Shown piece by piece: positions 39,600 to 50,700 of a DNA stretch of 64,000 nucleotides. The stretch lies in contig NC_045138.2 in NCBI RefSeq assembly GCF_008831285.2, positions 33,728,001 to 33,792,000 of the forward strand. Reading direction: 5' to 3'. Within the stretch, counting starts at the first letter, position 1. Each line of letters begins with the position of its first letter. The notes under the pieces are model-generated. The model was given only the letters and a program-made list of their open reading frames with translations, was not told where the DNA came from and made no database searches. The translations under genes and the position numbers were made by a program. This stretch comes from Nymphaea colorata (taxonomy: Eukaryota).

Positions 39600-39633
<34 letters not shown>

Positions 39634-39702
39634 TATTATTATTACTATTGTTATTGCTATTATTATTATTACTACTACTACTACTACTGTTGCTTTTACT
39701 AT
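39599..39702 (+). repeat. Compound trinucleotide microsatellite, (AAT)n followed by (ATT/ACT)n
   Basis: Read directly from the sequence; explains the poly-N/poly-L ORF at 39525-39758. Confidence 0.9.
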
Positions 39703-40282
39703 ATCTAGCCTACCCTTCATTTTGTATGATGATGATGTTACTGGATCACAAACCTTAAGGTCTTTGGGAAATTGTTGAGGCAGTTACCAATGTGAAGCTT
39801 CGGCAGTGGTGCATACAATGGAATGCGAAACGTCGTTTGCTCTTTCAATCGGAAGATGGCTGTTAGGAATGAGAAAAAGGTTCTTGTTTGAAGTATTGGC
39901 TATAGGTCCGCTACTGGAGTGAAGTGAGGTGCGGAGGTTTAATTTCGTATTTGAGTAAAGGCGGAGTGCTTGTACTAGTAGAGCTTTCAGAACCGTGGGT
40001 GAGTAATCGTGGGGCAGAACTACCGCATTTCAAAGCCGTCGTTAGTGTACACCAAGAAAGTTGAGCGGCCATCTAGGAAATGTGGCCGCCCCTGGCAGAA
40101 GATCCGACCAGTGGTGGTCCTGTATCTGGCTGTGCTCTCCTCCGCCTTACGCTACAACCATGAAGCCATTACATATGTTCCCTTCACAGGTATTTAGCCT
40201 ATCAAGAAAATGACGTCTTTACATTGTTTGGTTACGCCGTGGGAAGCCATTTCTAGGCGAGCATTCCCTTCATGGTGAAATT

Positions 40283-40680
40283 TAGGGTTGTTAATAAGTC
40301 CAATTTAAATCCGATATCTGATCAAACGTTATCAAAAATCAGATACAGAAAAAAGATTTAGTATCTGAATAAGATTTCAAATCAAATTCGGATATATAAA
40401 TGACATCCAATCGGATTTGGATCTAAGCAAATATTGTTCAGACTCGAATTTGGGTTTGGATTAGATATAGTTTGAATAATATGTTATGTTCAATATGCAT
40501 AATCTGATTTGGATTTGAATGTTAATCTAAAAACTGGATTCAGGTCAGTGTGGATTATGAATTTGGATTTTGGAATCAGATTGTCTATACATTTTTCTTT
40601 TTCCTAATTGAATTTTGAATTTGAATATATCGATATTCAAACAAGCGGTCTAATTTGAATATGGTCAGTTGACATTCCTA
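40283..40680. mobile_element. hAT-type MITE
   Basis: Termini TAGGGTTGTTAA and TTGACATTCCTA, 8-bp flanking duplication GTGAAATT/ATGAAATT, internal ATCCGA/TCGGAT subterminal motifs. Confidence 0.8.
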
Positions 40681-43457
40681 ATGAAATTGATTGAGATGTC
40701 TGGGGATGAAACATTCACGCAGCGGATGTGCAATTTTTCTCTAGTTGTCTTCTACAAGTTCACTGTTTTTCGCATTGAAGACAAACTGTTGACTAAAATT
40801 TTGCCAGCAGCAAAAAATAAAACGGGTGGTCTTAGTTAATTTTTTGGAGGCATTCAAATTATCCTTGCCCTAGTTAATGTGGTTCACTGCAGTGAATTTG
40901 AGTTTTATGAATTTACTTCAGCAAACCACGCAATTTGATGCCGCCTTCAGTCTTCAACTTGGTGGCAGCCTACATCCTTATGGTGTGGCAGAAGGCTGGG
41001 TTAAAAAAAACTCGGAGAACAAACTACATGTATATGATGCTTTTTTGTTGCTTCCTTTCGTTGCACGAGGAAGAACAGAAAGGAAATTGATTAGCACGAG
41101 GCATTGTCTGTTCATGTGTTCAAAATGGAGCAGAGTCACAACGCAAACAGAATTTTGGCAGTACGTAATACATTTGCAGGAGAGAACAGTGATGGCCCGA
41201 TGACCCCTCCTTGGTTGGTTGATCATGGCGACTAATTCATGCTCTGTGTCAGCCATGATTGATCTAAGGAAGAACAGGAACCCCCTTGAGAAGGTGGCCA
41301 AGTATCAAACCAGGCAGATGAGTGGAGTCCATGAATTGACAAGTTAGGTTGCTACATTCTCTTCAGTCATCATTCTGCACCTCTGGTGATGAGTTCCTCT
41401 ATGGGTTGCAAGCTTTTCTTGGCTGGAGAGCCGTTGGTAAAGTAAGTGAAGCACTGGTTCCATTCCACCGAGGAGCAAAGCCTGGCAGAAAAGCTCTTTG
41501 GAACACTGAAAAAGTGCGCCTATGCGTTCTTTTCTTTTTCTCCTCCGAGCTTGTGATTCTTTTTTTGCAAACTTTAATAAGTGAAGGCCTGTTTGATCTT
41601 TTCTTGGCAGATAGGGAGATTCTCTCATGGATGCCGTAGCAATTTGTTTGTGCCTTCTGGGCATTAATATTCTAAAATTCATGCTGAAGGGCCTCTTCTT
41701 TGAACTCTCCAAGATGAAGCTCTAAGTGATCTTACAGTATAATGAGAAACCACGACATAATTAGTTTGTTCTTGCCTTGGAGCTTTCCTGCTATTGGGAT
41801 TCAATAACAAGAAGACTCAAACTCTATAAGAATCTCCAAGTAGTCTCAACTGAGCAATGGTGAGACTCTATGGGAGGCATAAGTTGCCTTGTTGAGTCGA
41901 CCTACTCTTACCACAAAATTGTTCCGTGGTTTTACATGATTTAAAGCGAATGATTTTGGCATTTCATCCTACTGTAAACTGTGGGGCGATTTCTTCTTTC
42001 ATCTTTTGCGAGACACGTTAATAAAAGCGAATTCGTCCAAAGTGGTGGCCATACTAAAGTAAATGGTTCCTTTAATAAGAATCTCTCTCTCTCTCTCTCG
42101 CTCTCATATGGAATTAGTAAAATTCTAGGGTTTTTCACTAATCAGGAAAGATGGTGGTTGTGATATCCTTTCAAGTTGTTGTGAGAAGAATTGAAGCGAA
42201 TGCTTCTTAACAATAAATGTGAAACTTATGAGGCTCCCCATCTCACAACTGCTCATTTCAATTCCTTGTTAGAAGAAACTTAACTGTCATAAATGAGAAG
42301 CCCTGAATCCAAGCCGATTTTCACTCGCACGTCGAGACGAGGGGTGACAGATAGCGACTTGATGTGTAATGCAACCTACGTACAAGAGGAGTGGGTGGCC
42401 CTCAATTTATGAGTTTCGCCGGACCCAGACGGATCCCCTCCCGTGTGGGGCTCTTAATAAATTAAGCTCTCTCTCTCTCGCTCTCTGCGCCAATTAATCT
42501 ACCACCAAGTTCATTTCTCTCTAAAATTCTGTATTTGGCATATCTAAAAAACCATTATAATATCCTAATGACTCAATTCTGGTATAATATCTTGGCGCTG
42601 CAATTGGTGTGGCTGCAATCTTTATTCGAGTGACAGTGACAATCTTATTCGAGTGACAGTGACCTGAGGTTTTCTTTTTTATTGGCAACCAGTGATCAGG
42701 CAGATTCCTGACGAAATAAAGAAGTTGAAGCTTATCATCGCATAGAAATGGAAGAGACCTTAAACCTCAACACCAACAACTTGGACAGGAATGAGAAGTG
42801 TGAAATGAATCACGAAAGGTGGAGCACCATTTTTTCAGTCATAACTGAGATGCATCCGTTTTAGATGCCCCTCCACTGTGGATTCCCTATATTTCTGTTT
42901 TTACTGTTCTGAACATCTTAAACGCCCAAAAGCAAGCCATTTATTTCTTAAACAAAAAGAAATTGATAAAAGAAACAAGCGAGGTTTTCTCTCCTGTTTT
43001 GCCTTGCCCAGAGACATGCCTCGTAAAAATGGGACTCAGTTACTCAAGTCCGAGGTAAGGGGGCGCTGATTTAATTACGCAAGCAATCACCGGATTCAAT
43101 CACTGCTACGGCATTCGAAAACAGATACGCTAGAGAGTCGAGTTCCTTGCCTCCTTCAACGACACTCTTAGCTGCTGAAGCAGATTGCAGCAAACTCCAA
43201 ATAACTTTTCTTTTAGCAACACAAACCACAAAAGGACGCAAAAATGAACAAACCGACATGATTGATTAAGATTCCTGAAGGCAAAGTTTTACAGCTGACA
43301 GTAAAACCAAAAAGGAAAACTAAAAAAACAAAGAGCGCTACCCTTTTTCTTTTTATATGTACAAAAAATACCCCCACCCATACGTGTCAAAACACGTTGA
43401 CACGTGCGACGGAGCATGCCGCCAACGCCACTACCAGCAGCAGTATGGTATGGATCA

Positions 43458-45930
43458 TCATCTCCGCTCGCACTCCGCTGGCTTGGTCGGGAACCTCGCC
43501 GTGTCAGTGCAGTAGTCGTACACGAGCTGCTTGGCCCGTACCCACATCAGCTGGTGGGTCTGGTGCACGCTAAGCTCGGCCATCACCGGCTTCTCCCACC
43601 AGAACCTCTCCTGGTCCGTCTGGCCGCCTGTCTGGCACCTCCCCATCTCCTCCGGCTTGCCAGAGCACTCGCAGCCGTCAATCTCAAACCCTCTGTAAGT
43701 GGAGATGAACGGCGCGTGGCTCCAGTCGGTCTTTACCCTTCCCCCTTGGGTTGCCCAATCGTCTGCGTTCCAAATGGAGCTATATACTCCCATGGCTTGG
43801 TCCTTGGGAAACGGAATGCCTTGTTTCTCCTTGTTGGAAAAGACTCTTACAGGCGTATCATCCACCATGAATCTGAAAATGAACATCAACATATTAGATT
43901 TTCAAAACGGTAGTGGAAGATTGTGGTTTTCTTCAGGAAAGTAAAAGTACGGTCAGGTCCTGTACACTGTTGGTGAGCATTTGAGCTGGTAAGCAGGTAA
44001 GATAGTTCATGCTATTTGCTTTCTTACTTGCTGTTATATTGAAGAACATTGATTGTGAAAGTAAAGGAAAAAGAAAAAAACAAAAGACAAATATGGAAAA
44101 AGAAAAAAACCATTAGATTGGTCTCGTTTGTGGTAATGTGGAAAAAAAAAGCAAGTGTAAGGTTGCATTGATTAATAGTTTTGCAAAGCATGACAAAGAG
44201 ACATTAGGAAGACAAAGCACTTCAGAGTGCCATATGCGGATTCAGAAGCTCAAATTTCAAACAAAGCACGAGATTGAGTATCCTAAGTACTGTATTGAGA
44301 AATGGAAATGGCATTAATCTACGTTCAATAAAAGACGAAGCACTTCAGAGTGTCATATGCGGATTCAGAATCTCAAATTTTAAACAAAGCACGAGATTGA
44401 GTACTAACTACTGTATTGAGAAATGGAAATGGCATTAATCTACGTTCAATAAAAATGGTCGTAGGAGGCTTTTTCAGCTTTTCATGTGCTTTTTGTAGAT
44501 AAAAAAGAGTACACTGTAAAAAGTAGGCACATGGTTTTGTCATTTTCTCTTGCAACGAGATAATGCTTGTACTTGAAAAAGAAATCCACGATGAGAACAA
44601 CTGGCTTTTGAACGGGAACAAAGCAAAGCATAGAGAAAACACAGTAATTCAGACGTGGAGAAATGGAAATGAAAATTTCCTATACATTGCATTACAGAGA
44701 AATGAAACCAAATGAAAATTCATGACTCCTGACCCCCGTCGCTTGTGTTCCTATGCCAACTCTCAGAACACCACGCAGGACAGAAGGAGTGCGTATGGTG
44801 GTCGATTTTTTCCCATATAACTGAGGATGATTTTCACCATGACAACTGACAAGAATCATGACTCCTGACCCTCTTCATAATTCTGTCAGACTTCCCCAGC
44901 TGTGTAAAAAATTATGAAGTAATGCACTAAACACCTTTATCACATTTTACATCGCGTATTTATTCTCATTGCAGGACTTACAGAAGTATTCTTCAATAAC
45001 TCCAATCATTCTTCAAATGCCAAACAAGATTTTTGAAAAGAAAAAGAAAAAAAAGAAGGAGAGAGAACGATGACCTCTCTTGATCACCTTTTGGCATCGC
45101 CCGGTTAAGTAACTAGCAATGAAAAAGAAAGACAAGAACTATCAACTCTTTTTAAAATACACCAAAGCATTTGGCAGATATCTAGCAAAAGACCTCTACA
45201 GTACGACTGATGAAACGAGGGAGAGAAAGAGAGACTTACACTACTTGCTGGTGATTCCAAAGCAAAGAGTAGTAGTGGAAATCCTTGGTTGGATCAAACC
45301 ACAGATTGAGCCTCTGCTCCCTATTCCCCACACCATTGACATAAACATTGGTCTGCACCAGGTATGGTTCACCGGTTGTGTTCCCCAGGAACTCAAAATC
45401 AAACTCATTGTGAGCAGGACCATCGGAAGCCATCTAGAATAAAACAGCACCAACAAGATTAGAAACCATCAACAACCCATATCATCAAAACCCAGTAAAA
45501 GCACAGAGAAACAGAAAAAGAGAAGCGCAACAGAAACACACGTAGAATGCAGTGACAGTTCCAGCAGAATCCCCCTCAACAAGCTTGATCTGCATAGTCG
45601 CCTTCCCGAACAGATACTTGTTCTTGGAGGCAAAACCGGCCCCTGAAATCAAACGGAAAAAGAAAACCAACGAGTCAGGAACTTCAACGGAAAAAGCGTC
45701 AAACACTCTGAAAGTTAAAAGAACAACAAGAGTCGAAGCAGACACACTGAGCGTTCCACAACATTCCTACCGGAAGAGCTATCAAGCTTGAGCTTCAATG
45801 TCTCCCCCTCGTATTCAAGGTGATCGGAAGCCCAGCTGGGCTGAAACAGCTCATCGAACCTCGCGGAGTGAACCCAGATTGAGCCCACCATCAATGCATA
45901 AACGAGGAACCAGGAGAGCCTGGACTCCAT
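43458..45930 (-). CDS. XTH: Xyloglucan endotransglucosylase/hydrolase (GH16, XTH9-like), 4 exons
   Basis: Exons 45930-45771, 45642-45542, 45433-45240, 43872-43458. Signal peptide, [11 protein letters not shown], catalytic [30 protein letters not shown]. Confidence 0.96.
44209..44453 (+). repeat. Tandem duplication of about 123 bp in XTH intron 3
   Basis: AAGCACTTCAGAGTG.CATATGCGGATTCAGAA...GGCATTAATCTACGTTCAATAAAA twice with few differences. Confidence 0.92.
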
Positions 45931-46018
45931 GTTTTGTTCAAGAAATGATGAGAAAGAGCAGCTAACAGAAAGAAACGAGCTATGGATGAAGACGAGAGAC
46001 CGTAGCCAACACATGTCC

Positions 46019-46060
46019 ATATATATAGCTGTAGGGAACAGTGCCACGTAGGAAGGTGGG
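46019..46060 (-). promoter_or_regulatory. XTH core promoter: TATA box with adjacent ABRE-like TACGTGGC
   Basis: CTATATATAT about 90 nt upstream of the ATG; TACGTGGC about 20 nt further upstream. Confidence 0.55.
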
Positions 46061-47708
46061 CCCACTCTAGACCCGAGTAGAGCGGGGTCCATGTCAGGCA
46101 GGTAGCCGTTGCCACGCACGCTCTTGCTGAGCTGTGAATTGGAGCGCACGCTCTCGCTGAGCCAAAGGCAACCCGTTTTCGGGTCACGGTGCAAAAAATG
46201 AATCTGGGTAGGGAATCCGGATAATTGCTCTGGCCTTAGGGTCCACCAAGATCCGACCCGTTTACATCCGGCGTTCAGCCTGGTGGCCGAGGGAACGTTG
46301 GACACGACACGTCGCTTTCTTACTCGAACCAACCAACCAACCAGAGAAAGCCACGCGAGCAGAGACAGCTGCTTTGGAGCAGACTGTACAGCTGGCAAGA
46401 AGCCGTACGGGGTGTGGGGGCCACGCCAGGGCCAGGCGGAGCCCGCACCCTCTGCCCCCATTTAAAGGAGAGCGATGACGTTATCGGCCAGCTGGCTGGC
46501 AGCCGGGCCGATGCGGATTTTACTTCAATACCCTTGGAGCCCGTTTACTCGGACGGTCGTGGGTTGTCTCGGGGGAAATGACTGGATTGTCCTTGCCGGG
46601 TTGGTTTTTAACCACTACCCAACTTCGCTGGCTCGATCGTAGCCAAAATATAATTGTAAGTTGCGTATTTTTCAAGAAATGTTTTTAAGTAATCAATCAA
46701 TCTATCTAGGGGGACTCTTTAATTTGGCATTTTAAGAAGACAATCAATGCATTCATCATCAAACTAAAAGGCTAGGCTAGGTTATAAACGACAAGGAAGA
46801 GGGTTTATAACGAAAGTAAGTCGGCGTCGCTCGGTTGACTACAAGAGAAGCCAAACGTCTCTCTCTTTTTTCCGGCTTTGTGTATTGGCTTTCGTGCAAA
46901 AAACAAAAATATGTATAGTGAGACCGCCTTCATATTCATATTCATATTCAAGGAGAAATTTATCCCTTGCATCTCCATCTCTGCGTTCCCAAGAAATTGC
47001 CTTTCGTATTTCATTTCACCGCAGGTTAAAAAAAAAAAAAAATTACCACGGCCTTGCACTTTGTAAAAAGAACGGGCGTCCTTGCCCCCTCGCCCTAGCT
47101 ATAAATTCCCATTTACGTTGCTACCAGAGCTCAGTACACCCCTAGGTATGCGTGTAATTTTCAAGTCAAGCAGGCCTACTGTTCGGTACTAAATGCACGT
47201 AACTTTTACTGCAACTGCAATGCAATGTGGCCGTTAAATTTAGAGCAAAGGTCAGTAGTAGCGTTTCTTTCGGCTTTACTTTTGATTTCAGATCTAAACT
47301 CAATATTGGATCCGATTATGCACCCCAAAAAGAAAAAAACCTAATGTTGTGGGAGCATATTTTCTGGACGCTTGTGAAGCATATAAGCGCCATGCACGTA
47401 CCCTCTTTTTTTTTTTTCCCTTTTTTTGAACGTATGAGCTGGACCATGTTTGGCAGGAAGAAGTGGGACCCGGAATAAATGAAACAAAACCCTAAAATCA
47501 TATTTATGAACCCGGCCGCTGCATTTTCCGTTCACCGGTGAAATTTGAATCTCAGGAAAGACGAAAATAGTGAAAAGGGAAAAAACCGAGGGTGGAAACG
47601 TCATCTCGAGAATGACAATGACGTCTCCAAGTTTTTCACGTGAAGAAAAGGAGTGCAAGTTTTGGACTACTATGTGGATGCTTCTTTGCAACCAAAAGCT
47701 TCCACGGA

Positions 47709-47739
<31 letters not shown>

Positions 47740-50700
47740 CAGATGAGGATTGTACAGCAGATGTACTTTGAAAGCAATGGAGATCGCGAACACCAGACTT
47801 CCTAATAATCTGTTCATCTTCATGAAGTTGGTCATTCCTTAAAAATATTTTGGTTGACAATCGAAACTGGGTTTGTGAATAACTCAGTTTTGATAAAAAA
47901 AAAAAAAGGTTAGGATAATTTAGCCCGTGATCAAGTCTTTCATAGAAATCACCGTTTTCACCTTGTTACCCAAACACAAACCAGGTCCCTAAAACCGGTT
48001 TAAAAACTAGCTTTTGGGAAAACCTGAGTTTCACAAATGATGTTTTCTACTAAGAGTATACTCCAAACACAATAAAAAAAACTTTTGTGATAATATTGTT
48101 GCAGTATTTTTAAAGCCAAAGTTAATTCCCCACATCTTCATAATATATAGTTATGACATTATTAACCCCAAAAATAATCGAAGCTGCAGATGGATCATGA
48201 TCTTTATGCGTTAGATCATGAACTATACGTGCAGTTTAGGAACTTTGTCATGACTCTGCGGTTACCGCATAAACTCCAGGGTCGAGGAACTTAATTGGCA
48301 CTTACAAACTGACGTTGTTGCAGAACTTCTTTACTTTCCATTAAATTTCGATGAGGAAGTTCCAACCCCATTTCTATTGAATGAACATTTAGGGTTCATG
48401 GATGACAATGGCCCATTATTTAAGTCTCTTGGATTTTGATGCCTTTTATCAAGCAAGGATGCTTTTTCCGAAAGAGACAACCGCCATAAAAACACTTGGG
48501 TGGTGTTGTTAGGAGGATGCGGAGCTTAAAGAATTCACGGATACGCATCCCAATATATGCTGTTCACCCAACTTGGGGATGAAGTTTGATAAAAAAAAAA
48601 AAAAGAGTCAAGTTTCGTATATTTTATTGAGCAGTTCATGCATTAAACATGACCAAGTTGGTAATAAAGCTTACAAGTTATAAATAAGAAAAAACTTAAT
48701 CGCTTTTCATCAGGCATATGGGATTAAGACGATTGTTAATTTGTTGAGATGTGAAATTTGTAATAGTTAATTGAATCTTACAAGCTGGATTGCAAATGGG
48801 TCTGAGCTAAGTATGTTGGAGATCGAGTTAGACTTGGAGCCACCGTAGCTAAAAAATGACAAATGCTTAACGGCTAAATGAACGTCTCTCGCTACAATGC
48901 CAAAGCTTTTGATGCATTCGAGAACAGATCGAGTAAAAGAGAAAGCTGTCAAAGTCTTCTTAATTAATGGCCTGCTAATTGTGAATGACCAACTGCATCT
49001 AGGAGTTGATTTCTCCACTTGAATGCCGCATAAAGAAAAGAAGAGAATTCTTAACACCATACGACTTGGATCCTCCAGTGTATGAATTTGAAACGTCCTG
49101 CTTACTCACTGGTTTGAATCTGTTCTTTCGTATATTCGGCTGATTCATATATTAGTTCATTTCCTTTACGATATTTATGTGATGTAGGAGCGCATTTATA
49201 CGCAAATATTTTACACAAATACACGCAGACAGTTCATTCAAATCAATGGTTGTCTTCATTTATGCAACATTTACACCATTTTCGATAAGGTACTGCTGTC
49301 TCCACCGAGTTATTTAGATGTTTTTATTGACTTACTTAAGTGCAGTTTCAACGGTTCACGTGTGGTGGATTTGCACAAGAGCGCCCACCAACACACACAC
49401 ACATTCATCGGCCTTGGGTATATTGTTATCTCATCTGGAACATGGTTGGCAAACATTACGTCAATATCAATTTAAAAAGAAGAAGAAATTTGCCCGTTTC
49501 ACTGGGATGTGTTCACGTGCAATCTTGCGCGTGATAGATCTAACCATTCCCAACCTTCTGCACCATACGAGCGGATTCCAAGGAATTACGAATGACGAAA
49601 CCAGGAGGTCTCTCTTTCTCACACGCACACACCAATTAACCACATAAAATATGTTTCGGATGGATAAACGAAAGGACTTTTGAATCATTTCGTTTGCGTA
49701 AATGTACGTAGAAGGAATTCTTGATACAAAAGCCTCACAGAATGGGTCAAGGTTGCTTCGTTGATTTCATATAATCTCAAAAGCTGGATTCGTTCTAAAC
49801 CATGAAGATAACACGGAGATTAAGAAAAACTGAAAAAATTAACAAGCTTTCTGATTTCATGATACTACCGACGGGATCCAACAGGAAACCTTCGCTTTAT
49901 GTCATCACCTCACATTCCATTTGGTTCCGGTTGAGAACGACAGCAGTCTCTTGCTTTTAGTAGAGCGTCAACTTGCAGATTCTCACAGAAAAAATGGCGC
50001 ACAATTCATCCATGCGGGTCCATCAGTTTCAAAATTTCAAATAGCAATTCCCTGCTAATGAAGTGCCATGGGGTCAGGCCGAGGAAGAACCCAAGGAACT
50101 CAGAATGGATAAGCATGAAAAGGGGTGCAGATGTTCTGAATCTCAAGCAGAGGGGCATAGTGAGGCGTATAGGCTCTGAATATGCATCAATCGGATTCAT
50201 AAATGGAGAAAATATGACGCGTGAACTGCCCAATCATTCAGAATGATTCGTCAAAATCTGAGACAGGTCGCCAAAAATGGTATATATATAGAGAGAGAGA
50301 GAGAGCCTTTATGACAGTCAGGAACAGGCTGTAATAGTCATCATCTTCCCTTGTATTTATTTGCTGCAGACCACCAAAACCCACGCCATCTGCATTCCCT
50401 TACTAGTTCTCTGTGTCAGCTAGGGAAGAGGGGTTGAGAGGACACAAGTAGAGGTGGTAATCCGGCCAACAAGGCAACATAAAACAGCTAGCAACTGGGT
50501 GTCTTTGGGTGCAGTTGATGGGCTAATCCATGGGTTTCTTTGGCTGCAGTTGATGGGCTTTCCAGCGGGGCCTCAAACTTTTCACAAGATTGACAACAAC
50601 TTTTGGACCTGGTGCAGGCCGCAATGGGCCTCCTCCCTTCCCCAAATGGCATACCAAGATTAGATAGATAAGAGAGAGTGAGAAAGGGAGAGAGAGCAGG

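Noticed and set aside
40978..41900. Minus-strand ORFs of 107 and 122 aa as genes
   Set aside because: No gene structure; only faint resemblance to decayed LINE sequence, too weak to call.
43404..43944. Plus-strand ORFs overlapping XTH exon 4
   Set aside because: Antisense shadows of GC-rich coding sequence, as for those overlapping the other genes.
45385..45415. XTH catalytic motif NEFDFEFLG rather than DEIDFEFLG
   Set aside because: The catalytic ExDxE is intact and this variant is within normal family variation.
45715..46461. 248-aa ORF as an N-terminally extended XTH
   Set aside because: A TATA box lies ~90 nt before ATG 45930, which starts a normal signal peptide; the extension runs through the promoter.
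50233..50249. Perfect palindrome AATCATTC-A-GAATGATT (paired HD-ZIP-like sites)
   Set aside because: 8-bp arms are expected by chance in 64 kb of AT-rich DNA and there is no independent support.
50419..50440. GCTAGGGAAGAGG as miR408 or its target
   Set aside because: Similarity covers only the 3' part of miR408; the seed region mismatches and I saw no precursor hairpin.
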